Positions 38,565-51,131 of a DNA stretch of 64,000 bases are shown here, piece after piece; the first letter of the stretch is position 1; every line of letters starts with the position of its first letter. Position numbers and translations under genes: made by a program. The notes under the pieces were generated by a model that was given only the letters and a program-made list of their open reading frames with translations, was not told where the DNA came from and ran no database searches. The DNA lies in assembly GCA_023920165.1 (NCBI GenBank), contig CP089277.1, positions 1,736,001-1,800,000 of the forward strand, given 5' to 3'. Source of the DNA: Curvularia clavata (taxonomy: Eukaryota).

Positions 38565-39659
38565 TGTGTGAGTTGTTTCTATTGCAAGGTACGCGTTGCT
38601 TTGTAACTGCGCGGTCAAAGGGAAGTCGTGTAATGAGGTACGTCATCGACGCTAGCACAACGCTAAGGCAGTGAGCATCCTGAATTCATGCATCTTGTCT
38701 GTACATAGAGAAAATTATAGACTGGATATCGAGGAGCTCTTCTCTATCATACCTAGTTAAACCAGAGAAGCAGACTTCGCTGAGGAGTTTATCATTCTAG
38801 AAAGTGCAACATCAAGTCTTGACAGGCTGATAAATTCTGAACCACGACCATCAAGCATATTGAAAATCAAGACTTTTCACCTGTAGTAATCAGTATACTG
38901 AAAACAACCCATCTTGTCACATTCTTATTTTCTTTCGTTTTGTGCTGTCTTATGGCTCGCCTGCGGCGATTGGCACATAATCCATATCACAAAAAAGAGC
39001 TGCAGGCCGCCCTATAGCCCACCAAGCATTCTTTATATCGTGGAGACAATGCTTGAAACCAAGTGTGAATACATATTTACAGGTTTTTGGCATCAGATTA
39101 GTCTGGTTTTTTTTAATCTTCCCGACATCACCCCTGTTCTTATATATAATTTTGGCACCTCTACCTAAATTCCCTGTGAAGCATGTGAATTGATCTGCTT
39201 CAGCAAGTGGTGCAGAAAGCAGGCAAGACAGGCCAGATGCATATGGCCTAGAAAAATAAAGGACAGTCGTCTTGCCACGAATCTAGGACAACAAATTATC
39301 AATACCCTCTCCAGGACTGGAAGTGTTCGATTTTTTTCCTTTTTTTGCTGATGCAACAGCACGATCAAATCACTTCAAAATTCACACATGTCACGAATTC
39401 AACAAAACAGTCACACAATCACATACGGTTAAGAATAAAAACACGGACAATTCAGCTATGAATACTAGAGAGATAAAAGCCTGGGAATCAAAACATGAGT
39501 AAATATCAAAACCTGTCCATCCACTTCTCCCCGCCATACCTAGGAATAAGGATTGATAAGGACCCCTTCCAGTAACAAAACCAAAAGAAAACACCGAAAT
39601 AACTCAAAAAAGTCATCACAACATGCTTCCATCAGAAGACTAACGGAGGAAGTCCCCAT

Positions 39660-39755
39660 GACGAGGATGATGATGACGACGACGGCGACGGCTGTGCTGG
39701 TGCTTGCGCTTGTGGCGGTAATGATGATGATGATGGTGGTGGCGGTTGTGATGAA
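39660..39755. repeat. Trinucleotide low-complexity tract (GAT/GAC/GGT)n in the TUP1 3' region
   Basis: gatgatgatgacgacgacggcgacgg and atgatgatgatgatggtggtggcgg seen directly. Confidence 0.75.
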
Positions 39756-39820
39756 GGAGGTAGAGATGCGGGACATGGTGATGTCCGCTGTGAAGCCGTT
39801 TGTGCAGTCTCGGGGCCTGT

Positions 39821-42030
39821 CTAAGGTCCAGGGTACCTGTCGAACCTGATTTACAAGTTAGCTTGATGTTTGCGGTAGAACAGACTATGTTGGATTCAAA
39901 AAAGACGTACCTCCAGATTCGTGCACGCATGTCACCACTACCAGTAGCAAAGACGCCTCCAGTAGGGCTGGGTGCGACGGAAATTACTAAACGCAGTAGT
40001 TAGTAAACGAGTTGTACAATTAAAACTGTGTAATCTAGACATACCAGAGTTCTTGTGTCCCTGCAACATGAGTTGTGCAACACCAGTGTGGGGATCCCAG
40101 AACTGCACACCACGGTCCTTGGAACCACTCAGTACCCAGTCACCATGTGGGGTGAGCGCAACACTGAGAACAAAGTCCTTGTGTCCCTCAAACGTGCGAA
40201 TGCACTTGCCGCTTGGGTGGTTTCCACCCGGCACGAAGCGGTTCTGGGTCGACAGCTCCCACATTTTGATAGTCTTATCCAGACTGCCACTAACCAGACG
40301 GTTGCCAGAAGGAGCAAATGCCACACTGTAAACACTGTCCTTGTGGCCATGCTCGCCCTCGAGTCGAACAACAAGCTGGCCAGTCTGGATATCCCATACA
40401 CGGACACTCTTGTCAAGGGATCCGGCAGCGACGTAGAGGTTGTCTGGGGAGATGGCGACAGTAGTGACACCGTCCTCAATGGAGAAATTGGAGACTTGCA
40501 TGTTAGACTCGAGATCCCAGAGACGGACACTCCTATCGCCACTGCCAGAAGCGATGATTTTTCCGTTTCTCGCAAAGTCGAGCGAGTAAATGTCCTGCTC
40601 GTGACCGGTGAACTGGTGCTTGATGGTGCGGCTGGCAATGTCCCACACCCTGATGACCTTGTCCTCAGCACCAGTAGCAAGATATTGTCCATTGGGACTG
40701 AAACAGACGCTTCGAATGTAGAGGTCTCCATCTTCGGGCAAACTGCCATCCTGAAGATGGGCGACGGGGTTGCCAGTCTCAACGTCGAAAATCTGTGCAG
40801 AGCGGTTGCAACCAGTCGCGACCCACCTACCGTCCAAGCTGAAGCGGACACAGCAAACCACACTCTGATGGGGAAGGTTGTGAATCAGGTCAACGTCAAG
40901 AACTCGCCTTGAGCGAGGGTTGAAGACGGCAAACCAGTCGCTGCCCTCCTTCTTCAAGTTCTCGGGTAGCTGCTCAATGTCTAGATCAGCAAGAACGTTG
41001 CTCTGGCTAAGAGGAATGTGGTTAGGTGCCATCAACGCGTTGGGCTGATGGTGAGGCGGAGGGGTTGGTCGCGGGACCTGGGGCGATCCGGGATAGGGAG
41101 CGGGGTTGTTTTGCTGGGGCGTGGCCGGGTTGGGAGGTCCGCGGGCAGCAGGACCTGGACGTTTAGCACCAGGGGAGGCGGTGGGCTGTGGAGGTTGACC
41201 ATAACCTGGGCGCGTCAGTCATCACTTTCAATCATACTTGGTCTCTTCCAGCTCACCATTGACCGATGGGCCAGGCTGGTAGCCACCAAAGTGCTGTGGT
41301 GGGCCTGGGGCAGGGTTCAATCCTGGGGGTCCTTGAGGTCCGCCTAGCTGCGGTGGCATGCCATGACCCTGGGGAGGCTCTTGTGGAGGAGGCGCTAGTC
41401 CTGGGCCACCCTGGGCAGCGCTGCCAGCCATGATTCCGCCAAAGAGGTTGCTAGGTCCATGACCGATCTGGGGCGGCTGGGGCTGCGAGGGGCCGTGGTG
41501 CTGCGAGTTCTGGCTGGGACCGCCACGAGCTTCGACTTCACGCTCCAGCTGGGCAATTCGCTCTTCATATCTGCCGCAGGTATTAGTCTCGGCGATGAAG
41601 CAAAAAAGTAGTCCAGGAGAAGGAAAGGTACACGCAACCACGGTCCAAACAGGCTCGACAAGCTACTTACTTTGCTTTCATCTGATTGTGTGACTGCTCG
41701 AGGGAGTAGACTTTGCTGCGAATCAATTCAATTTCTTGGATGTGACGGGTAACTGCGAGGGGTGATTAGCATGGACTCGGCGGGGACACTGTTGAGCTCG
41801 AGGCGGTGGAAAACAAGGGCGGATGTTTGCCTGGCATGAGCTTCGAGGGCAGGACACGTCGCCTCGAACGGGGCGCTGTCGTGGCAGGGCAGACACTCAC
41901 TCTGTCCTTCGTAGTCGACGCTGCGCTGAGATTCCGTCTCGAACTCGGTCTTGATGCTGTCGAGGAGCTCGTTGAGGCGCTGGGCTGGGCCCTGGGGGCC
42001 TCCCATGACGCGGGGAGGATAGTGGTTCAT
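39821..42030 (-). CDS. TUP1: Tup1/Rco-1 WD40 general transcriptional corepressor (5 introns)
   Basis: Tup_N domain [14 protein letters not shown]...[19 protein letters not shown], a Pro/Gly linker, and WD40 repeats [48 protein letters not shown]. Last exon FDRYPGP*. Confidence 0.97.
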
Positions 42031-43824
42031 TGCGACAGTGTTGATGGGGTCGCAACGAGGGGGTGGCGAAGATGGAGGATCAGGATGGCTGAGGTTGCGC
42101 GCGGTTGAGACGCGAAGAGCAAATCGCGGTATGCGACGGTCGCGTACAGGGCCGACAGCAGTCGCAAGGCGGGAGGCGCACAGCTAGCAGTCGCTAGGCA
42201 GGCAGGGCAAGGGGCGGTGTGCTGGGCCGTGTAGTGGGCGCGCCCTGGATGGGATGAGATGGATGGGCAGTGGCTAAGGCTGGAGACCAATTTGCAGGCG
42301 GGTGCAGTTTGGTGTTGTGTCAGTAAGATGGCTGAGGTTTGAGCGGACGTGGGTCGCCGCCTAGTGCAATGCTTGGCTGCCCGGAGGAAGAATCGCTTCG
42401 AGCACGGCAGGCGGGAGAGGCCAGCGAGCCAGACATGGGCCCCGACACCCACCAGCTCCACAGCCGCCGGGTCCGGGTATGGCTTTATTTTTTTTTCTTT
42501 CTGCCAGCGTCACGGCCACAAGACCGCGAGCCGGTCTCTGCAGGCCGGGCTATTGTCGATGTCCAGACTACTACTGCTGCTATGTACATGTATGTATGAT
42601 GCATGTCGTCTGCGCCCAATCGTGCCCGTCCATCCGCTCCACACGCCCTTGCCCGCGCTAGGCCTGCCCGTCCCGCGGCACTAGTCCCGATTGGGCGGCA
42701 CTGCATCTTGCACGTGTGCCTGTCCAGTTCCAGACACAATGCACCTCTGCGGTTGCTAACGCCATCCGGGACGCAAAGCACATGTCGACGGCTGCTCTCC
42801 AACCTCGCCAGGCCTGTCTCTTTTGCCGCCGCCGACGAGGCTGCCTGCTTCCACGGCACGCATGCGGACCGGGCCCTGGCCCTGAACCATGCATCATCTA
42901 TCTTCCTCGCCAGGGCCGCCAGCTCCACACATGTTTCTGGCAGTCAATATTTCTGGCACAAGACACCCGCTCGGGCTGGGCAGAACGGGCCTGCGTGCGG
43001 TGCCATGGGACGAGGCGTTGCGTATCGTGCCATTTCATGGCCGCCCGCAGGCCCTACACATAATCGCCGTTGCACCCACTATCACGATGGCTACACAGCG
43101 CTCCCCTCGACGGCTGACTGTGGAGCTCCGCAACCGCCCCCGCAATTCCCAGTCCCAGTTCCAGTCCCATCTTTTCTGCTCTGCCCCATCCAGCCAGCAG
43201 AAGCTCGTTTCTATCAGACAGCAGCGCAGCGACATGGTCTTGCTCGCTTGCTGTAGCCTACCCAGAGCCGGACTAGCGCCCTTCGCCTAGGCCTTCCCCC
43301 AGTCCAGAGGCTGACCCGACCCGAACACCTTACCACGACTTCGTCCGGCATCCACAGCTATCGTCGTGTCACTCTATTCTAACATGTCTTGCGTCTCCCG
43401 CTGCCTCTAGTCACAGTTTCGGCACCCGGTGACTTCTGCTTGCTCCATTCACCGCTTCCGATAGGCAACACGCTTGCTCTTTCAATGGATGTGCATTCCA
43501 TCCGCCCCGTCCCCTGGCCTATCAGCTGCCGTCCGTCGCCACGGCTCCACGTCACATTGTTTCGGCGCCCAGCGTGTGTACAATCGCAATGGCAGCCTCA
43601 GTGTCCGTAGCAGCAAACGCGTGCTGCCCGTGAATGTCTCGAGTCGTCTATAAAAGCTACTTGTGCCTCTGTGTAAAAATGCATACAAAACATTGCCCTG
43701 CGCTATCCAAGTCGGCTATAAATTGCCGTGTGTCACATACATACTGTCTCGTCGGCTACTCCAGCCAATTCTCTGTACTCATATCAATATAATCCACGCA
43801 TAGGCCAAGCACCGTTTGCTCACC

Positions 43825-46161
43825 ATGTCACTGCACATATCGGCCGACAGCTTCGCCAAGTGGCGACCAACGTTCCACCGTCGGACCACCCTGGAACGAC
43901 GTCAGCGGAGCGTCACGGCTTTCAAGTCGTCAGGCTCCCTCCAGAAGTTAAAAGAGCAGCAGGGAACCCTGGAAGCTACTATTTCAGTCAGCCAATTTCC
44001 CCACCCCCACCCCAACACACTACTAACATGTGGATTCGACAGGCCCTCTACGCCGGCCTTGCCGTCACCCAGTCGAAAGATGGTGAATTCAGCTACTCCA
44101 TTGCGCTCCATGATGGAACCTACACAATCAGTTGCGAAACCAAACCTCTGTTTACCCCGAAAAGTACCTACAACTCTTCCAATGAATCGACAAAAACCGT
44201 ATCCGATGTATCCACACCTGCATCCGAGGAAGACATTGCCGACACCCTGGTCAGCGCATTCGTCGGTTTCCTGAAAAGCTACAGAGAGGAACATCTTTCC
44301 AAGCCCATGGGCGCCGGTATGACTGCCTCGCTCCATCGCTTGAGCCCGCATCTGCCTGTGCGTCTGTGGGCAGAGCTGGACATTCTGCCCTTTGTTTTTC
44401 CCGTGGAACCGAACAGCAAAGACGAGCAGACACCACTGCCTCTAGATCAACAAGCCGAGTACATGGCCAGGAAGACAGTCAAGCGCTTCAATGTCAAGGG
44501 AGAACTTCCTGTCCGAATGGGTCACCGTCGCCAGGTCCTGGTTGATCTCGACGGATGTGTCCGAATCGCCGACCTGGACAGTTACAGGGACACAGTTCGA
44601 GCGGATACGACGGGAGCTGCTACTATGCATTACATCAACTCCCTCAAAAAGAACAAGGTCAAGATTGCTTTTTTCAACAGGTAGGCGCGCAACAAGACGC
44701 CAATGCGCACCAAGCATGTTAGGCTGACCACCGACAGCACACCACAAGGTGGAGGAGTAGCCTTGATGAGACACGCGCTAATCAGATATCTACGCCTTGT
44801 TGGCGTCGATTGCAAATGGTAGGCTACGTTTTAACATGGCCAGCATCAGTCCGCGCTAATATGCTCTCAGGTATGTCCCTTATGGAAAGAGTGAGATCTT
44901 CAGAATCACAAAAGACAACCACAACATCCTTCAGGGCGTAGCCACAAATGGCGAGAGCCTTACCGAAGAGAAGATGGCGGCACTCGATGCCTGGGTTCTG
45001 GAAGAGTCGGAAAAATGCCATTGGTCTGAGTTTGGTGGTCCGCTATCGTCGCGCGAGAAAGGCGGTGCCGACGTCATTATCGTTGACGATCCCCAGATGC
45101 CCAGCCTGGTCAAGATTGCCAAACAGAAGGATGCTACTCGCCCCGTCATCTTCCGCAGCCATATTCAGGTGCGAGCCGACCTCGCTGACAAAGAGGGAAC
45201 AGCCGCATTCAAGGTGTGGAACTGGATCTGGAACAATATTAAAGACTGCGATGTCTTTGTCAGCCACCCCGTTCGTGCCTTCGTTCCCAAGAATGTTACT
45301 CCAGAGAAAGTAGGATACCTTCCTGCCACAACTGATTGGCTGGATGGACTGAACAAGCACATGCATCATTGGGACGAGCAGTACTACATGCACGAGTTCC
45401 GGGTCCAATGCTTCGCGTCAGGAATGCGCCTGCTGTCACTTCCGGATCGCAAATACATTACTCAGATCGCTCGTTTCGACCCTGCAAAGGGAATTCCAGA
45501 TGCCCTTGCCTCTTACGCCCTCCTCCGTAAGGTGTACATGAAAGACGAGCCTCTGGAAAATATTCCGCAGCTTGTCATTGCTGGCCATGGAGCGGTCGAC
45601 GACCCTGACGCTACGAGGATCTTCAAAGAGACAGAAGACGCACTGGCAGACGAATACCAGGAGTTCAAGCAGGATGTCATCGTCATGCGCCTCGGTCCAT
45701 CCGATCAGATGCTCAACACTCTGATGTCTTGCGCCCATGTTGCTCTACAGCTGTCGACGCGCGAGGGCTTCGAAGTCAAGGTCAGCGAAGCACTTCACAA
45801 GGGAACTCCCATTATCGCAACGCGTGCCGGCGGCATTCCGCTCCAAGTCCAGCATGGCAAGTCTGGTTTCCTTGTGGAGCCTGGCGATCACGACGCAGTT
45901 GCAAAGCATCTCTACGATCTCTTCACTGATGAAAAGCTACATTCAGCCATGTCCGAGTATGCCAGCCATCACGTCAGCGACGAAGTCAGCACGGTAGGCA
46001 ATGCGATGGCCTGGCTGTATCTGGCGGATGAGCTGGCCAAAGGTGAGGTCGTCAAACCCAATGGCCAGTGGATCAACGACATGGCCAGACAGAAGGCTGG
46101 TATTCCGTACCGCGAAGATGAGGACAAGCTAGTCAGAGATGTAGACCTGACGCGTAATTGA
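43825..46161 (+). CDS. Trehalose phosphorylase / trehalose synthase (GT4, ccg-9-like, 3 introns)
   Basis: KIAFFN|STPQGGGVALMRHAL, FRITK.NHNILQG, DDPQ, FRSHIQ, QIARFDPAKGI, STREGFEVKVSEALHKG, AGGIPLQV. Start caccATG at 43825 splices in through intron 43987-44042. Confidence 0.92.
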
Positions 46162-46910
46162 GAATCAGGGAGATTGGGCTATGATGACGGCTGGTAAGCA
46201 GGAGAGGACGGAAAATTATCATGTTTGTTGAAATTCCTTTGTTCTTAGCCATTCCGCATCAGGGGTGATATAATAGATTTTGATCGATACGGATGGAGAT
46301 GAACTCTCCACCGCGAGGACTGAGAAGGCAGTACTATCCTCGTGTACTTAGGATTTTCCCTCCTTTGTGGGAGCCAAGATTTACAAAACTGGTACTCCCC
46401 CACTTCAATCGAGGTACTTTGACATGACACTCGCCGTCCCAATCGATCGCGTGTCACTAGAGAGTACCATGGTTCAGACTTGCGTCTTGGTGTGTAGTGC
46501 AAAGGTGCCGCCGTTCTGGCGCGATTCGCTGCAGCAGCCCTGCAGGAGCCCTACATACTGACGTGACTTGATGCCCTGACCGATCGTCAAAACACCAGAT
46601 GGCGCGTGGCACCTCGACACCTTCACCTCGTAGTACGATGCGATTTCACCGCCTTTCCCCAGGCGTTCGCCATGAGGGCTGTGTCAGCCCCAAGAGCAGG
46701 AGGACCGACTATGCGTCGTCGCCTGACTTGCCTAGCAGGGGTTTCCGCCGTTTCGCCTCGTCACTAACCCGAGGTCATGCGCATGGGCGCTCCCCTTGAC
46801 CAGCCCGTACCGTCCGAGCTCTCAGTTCCCCGGATTCTGCTTAAGATGGCCGATCCGCCTGTTGTCGGCCTGCTCGACACTGCCTTGTTCGCCTTCGACA
46901 AGCCATAACT

Positions 46911-49436
46911 ATGACCAAAGCGCGCTACGATTTCAAGACGCGCCCGGTCGCGCACCCGGACGCCATTGTCGCCGGCGACAAGTACCGCTTTACTATCCTC
47001 ACCGATGGCCTGCTCCGCTTCGAGTGGGCTGAGGATGGGCGCTTCGAGGATCGCGCGAGTACCTTTGCCATCAATCGCCGACTGGCAGTACCAGACTTTT
47101 ATGTCTGGGACAGGGGCCACGGAATCGAAATCGTAACCAAACGCTTCCACGTGGTGTACGATAAAAAGAAATTTAGCCCAGAGGGCTTCAAGATACACCT
47201 CAAGGGTGCTGTCACAGGCACGTGGACATATGGCCAGCCCGTTTCCAATCTAGGTGGAACTACACGCACACTGGACGGTGTTAATGGACGGGCAAGGCTT
47301 GGTCCCGGTGTGTTATCGAGAGAGGGCATGGCACCATTGGATGACACCAAGTCCATGCTCTTTGAGGACAACGGCTGGATCGCAGGCCGCAGGAGTGGCG
47401 ATAGGACCGACCAGTATATCTTCATGTACGGCCGCGACTACCGGGAAGCCATGCGCGCATACTATGCTATCTCAGGTAGCCAGCCGCTGCTACCACGATA
47501 TGCCTTGGGTAACTGGTGGAGTCGATACCACGCATACACAGCGAAGGAGTACCTTGATCTGCACGATCACTTTGACAGAGACGATGTTCCCATGAACGTG
47601 GCTGTGGTGGACATGGACTGGCACCTGGTGTGGGATCTGCCCAATGGTTACAACGGCTGGACCGGATACACGTGGAACAAGAAGCTTTTCCCTGACCCAG
47701 ATGCTTTCATGAAGAACCTCCATGACCGTGGCATGAAATTGACACTCAACCTGCATCCTGCCGACGGTTTCCGACCATTCGAGGACCAGTACGAAAAAGT
47801 TGCGAAATACCTTGGAATCGACCCGGCGTCCAAGCAGACAATTCCTTTTGACTGCACAGACAGGAAGTTCATGGATGCCTACTTTGATGTTGTGCATCAC
47901 GAGCATGAAGATCGAGGCGTGGACTTTTGGTGGGTCGACTGGCAGCAAGGCAACACGTCCAAGATTCCCGGTGTCGACCCGCTTTGGGTGCTCAATCACT
48001 ACCACTTCCTCGACAGCGGTCGTGGCTCCCAGCGTCCATTGATTCTCTCTCGGTTTGGCGGTCCAGGAGCTCAGCGCTACCAAGTCGGTTTCTCAGGTGA
48101 CGCAATCATCACTTGGGAAAGTCTGCACTTCCAGCCCGAGTTTACTGCTACCGCGTCCAACATTGGCTACGGATGGTGGAGCAACGACATTGGCGGGCAC
48201 ACACATGGTTACAAGAACGACGAGCTGTACACGCGCTGGGTACAGCTTGGCTGCTGGTCCCCTATCCTGCGTCTCCACTGCGACAACAACCCCTTTAACA
48301 CTCGCGAGCCCTGGCGCTACAATGACGAAGCATGCGGCATCGTTGAAGACACGCTGCGGTTCAGACACCGCCTGATTCCATACTTGTACACGATGAATGC
48401 ACGAAGTGCCAGTGACGACGAGCCACTTGTGCAGCCAATGTACTGGGACTACCCAGAGCATGAAGAGGCGTACAATGTACCCAACCAGTTCCGCTTCGGG
48501 TCCGAACTCATTGTAGCACCTATCACACAGCCCCGCGACCAGATCACGCATATGGGTGCAGCAAAGATCTGGCTCCCAGAAGGCCGCTTTGTAGACATCT
48601 TCACGGGCGTCGTGTATAACCGCGCAGGTGAACTCACTATCCAACGCCCTCTCCAGTTCGTCCCCGTTCTCGCGAAAGAAGGCTCTATCATCCCCCTCGA
48701 CGCCGCCCGCCGCCCCAAAACCGGTTCTCCCAACCCCGATAGCCTAGAAATCCTCGTGGCCGTAGGCGCAGATGGTTCCTTCACGCTGACCGAAGACGAC
48801 GGCAAAGGCCACCTCGTCGACGACGGCGGCTTCTCCATGATATCCGATTCTGGTGTCGAAGAAAACGCAGACGACACCGTCCGCTTCGTGCACACGCCCA
48901 TTACCTACAAACAATCCACAGGCGTCTTAACCATTGGCCCCACGACCCCTTCAGACGCCGCAATCCCCAAATCCCGCTCATGGACTATCCGCCTCCTCGC
49001 CCATACACTCACCCACGACGCCACTATCCGCTGCATCACCACTTCCCCCTTCACCAGGAGCAAATCCGCTAAATCCCTCTCGCATAGAATTGAGCGCGTC
49101 CACAATGGCACGCTCATCTCCCTCAGCGAACCAGTCCCCACCTCGCACAAGATTCACATTGAGCTCTGCTCCGCGACTAGCGGTAGTGCCGCGTCGCCGC
49201 AACTCGATGTTATCGACCCGAACCCACGCATCTGGGATATCATTGACAAAGCGTGGATCGAGCTCGATCGCAAGTGGGATATTTGGAACTGTGTTAATAA
49301 TAGTGAGCCTGTGCTTAACAAGGTCAGGGCGCTGCAAGGGAGGGGTTTGCCCAAGGAGTTGCTGGATGCCATTTTAGAGCTGTTGTTGGCAGATGAGAGG
49401 TATGCGGGTGAGGGGGCTGATATCATGGAGGTTTGA
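46911..49436 (+). CDS. GH31 alpha-glucosidase of the WxDWQQ (GH31_u1-like) type, intronless, no signal peptide
   Basis: PRYALGNWWSRY, VVDMDWH, WTGYTWN, LNLHP, nucleophile WWVDWQQG, acid/base GFSGD, WSNDIGGH, ELYTRW, PILRLH. Confidence 0.92.
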   Translation: MTKARYDFKTRPVAHPDAIVAGDKYRFTILTDGLLRFEWAEDGRFEDRASTFAINRRLAVPDFYVWDRGHGIEIVTKRFHVVYDKKKFSPEGFKIHLKGAVTGTWTYGQPVSNLGGTTRTLDGVNGRARLGPGVLSREGMAPLDDTKSMLFEDNGWIAGRRSGDRTDQYIFMYGRDYREAMRAYYAISGSQPLLPRYALGNWWSRYHAYTAKEYLDLHDHFDRDDVPMNVAVVDMDWHLVWDLPNGYNGWTGYTWNKKLFPDPDAFMKNLHDRGMKLTLNLHPADGFRPFEDQYEKVAKYLGIDPASKQTIPFDCTDRKFMDAYFDVVHHEHEDRGVDFWWVDWQQGNTSKIPGVDPLWVLNHYHFLDSGRGSQRPLILSRFGGPGAQRYQVGFSGDAIITWESLHFQPEFTATASNIGYGWWSNDIGGHTHGYKNDELYTRWVQLGCWSPILRLHCDNNPFNTREPWRYNDEACGIVEDTLRFRHRLIPYLYTMNARSASDDEPLVQPMYWDYPEHEEAYNVPNQFRFGSELIVAPITQPRDQITHMGAAKIWLPEGRFVDIFTGVVYNRAGELTIQRPLQFVPVLAKEGSIIPLDAARRPKTGSPNPDSLEILVAVGADGSFTLTEDDGKGHLVDDGGFSMISDSGVEENADDTVRFVHTPITYKQSTGVLTIGPTTPSDAAIPKSRSWTIRLLAHTLTHDATIRCITTSPFTRSKSAKSLSHRIERVHNGTLISLSEPVPTSHKIHIELCSATSGSAASPQLDVIDPNPRIWDIIDKAWIELDRKWDIWNCVNNSEPVLNKVRALQGRGLPKELLDAILELLLADERYAGEGADIMEV

Positions 49437-49655
49437 ATTTTTTTTTGGGACTTCTGGATGGATGGATGGAGTTTGATATGAAAATGACTCGATATGAACT
49501 ATGTATATGAATCTGATCTTTGTCATGAAAGTTGAAAGTCATGTATCTTTGTGATTGTACGTTTCCCCTCTTTCTAAATTTCCTCTTTACAGAAGAGGTT
49601 GACAAACGTTTCTACTTTTCATCCCAGTATCATACATGCCACTAACTTTGTTTAT

Positions 49656-50892
49656 TTATGGCCTCATCTCAACCTTACTCTTGTGCCCCTTCATCGCCTC
49701 CTTGAATCCTTCTCCCTCAAGAATCTCCTTGACCTTGTCCATGACCTTGCCCTCTCTCCTCCTAGTATAATCGCCCTCCTTAAGTTCGTACCCTGCCCTC
49801 GTAGCATCCTCCAAGCTCTCATACTCCCAGATATTCGCCTTCATACCGACACCATGATACTGATGTTTTTGGAGAAACGCCAACCACGCTTTGACGACAT
49901 CCGGGTGTCCGTCTTGGATCTGGATCAGACGACGCATGGTAATGCGTTCAAAGTTCTCCTGCGACTTTTTGAAAATAAAGTTGGAGCGGGGAACGACCCA
50001 GCGCTCGGTGATGCGTGGGAGGGGAATTGGGCCCCGTGCACACAAGCCCATGTAGTAGGCAGCGCGCACAGCAAAGTCGGCGAAGAGAAGGAGGTTGCGG
50101 ATGTTGTAAGTGCGGAGCTGGAGGTCGCAGGTGGGCACGCCGTATTCGGGGGTGCGGCGCAGGGGGCGCAGGTGCACGGCGCGGATGTTAATGGGGGTGC
50201 GTAGGGCTTCGAGGGCCTCTGCGGTTTTGGCGTCGAGAGGGGGCTTGTCAGTAGGAAGGGTGATGTCTTTTTCTCTGGTTGTGGCGTGTTAGATGTTGTG
50301 ACTAGGAAAGAACAGCGATATAGCCATAACAACATACTTTGCAAGTTTAATGGGTTCTATGCCAGCGCGCTTGTACACCTTGAGGAGTCCCAGATGATCT
50401 GGTGTATTTTGTAATTCCTTCCATTGCCGCTGGGCTTCCTCGCGCGTCTTGGGCTCCCGTTGTTGTTGGCGCTTGTTGACTTTTTGTTGACTGGCATACA
50501 GACTGCAGTTTTTGTTAGAATTGTCCTTCTACTCATGCCCTTCTTCCATGCGAGGGCCCGAAAAAAAAACATACGTCTTGTATTCCTGAGGATCAATGCC
50601 CATATCCTCTAACCGTGCCTCAAGTGGCATGTCGCCACTCTCCAGGTCCATCCTCAACTGCTCGATGAGCCTGGAGTCCCTGTCATCTCTTGAGTCCCTC
50701 TCATTATCCTCGTCTGCCTTTGAGCTCTTCGTCCGCGCGAACGTCTGGGTATATGGTCGTGGGGCTTGTGAAATCTATTTCAGTGCGGTTAGCAACCAAT
50801 TCGGCCACAAATACAGTCGCAAGGGATCCAATGCATACCTGTGCCCTCCTAACTGGCCCCAAAAAGGAGCGCATACATCGTGGCGCGGACAT
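49656..50892 (-). CDS. RSM10: Mitochondrial small-subunit ribosomal protein uS10m (3 introns)
   Basis: Presequence MSAPRCMRSFLGPVRRAQ, then S10 domain CDLQLRTY, GPIPLPRITERW, SNFIFKKSQENFERIT.RRLIQI.D. Confidence 0.92.
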
Positions 50893-51131
50893 ATTCGCTG
50901 TCGTCGCAATTCAATCCACCTTCAGCATCGAACTTCTTCCTCCAAAGAACCGCGACGCTAGTGCTGAACGGTCTTGGCGCGGTGTCGGAATTGCCCGCCG
51001 CCTTCCCTCTGCACCCTAGTCGTGTACCCTCTGATAATGTCACATGTACCATGTAGACTATCTTGCTAGTCGTCCTCTGTCTTTTGGGACTTGACTCTTG
51101 TTCTCCTTTTCTTCACTCTCAACTGCCCAAA

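Noticed and set aside
39640..39930. His/Arg-rich ORF (HHHHHH...RRRRR) after TUP1
   Set aside because: It is a translation of a 3' UTR trinucleotide repeat in a frame entered only if the last intron is retained.
40055..40912. 285-aa antisense ORF over TUP1, and similar antisense ORFs over GH31, hapE and MDH
   Set aside because: These are shadow ORFs caused by codon bias of the real genes and show no domain features.
41205..41257. GTGATGA-CTGA inside a TUP1 intron, resembling boxes C and D
   Set aside because: The boxes are adjacent with no guide, the CTGAC is the branch point, and the intron is too short to host a snoRNA.
42030..43800. Many overlapping GC-rich ORFs between TUP1 and the GT4 gene
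   Set aside because: They lack protein-like composition and fit a long divergent promoter/5' UTR region.
44819..44880. Acceptor followed directly by GTATGT in the GT4 gene, resembling a recursive or twin intron
   Set aside because: The GTATGT is coding sequence (W-Y-V-P, typical of this family) and the frame continues correctly.
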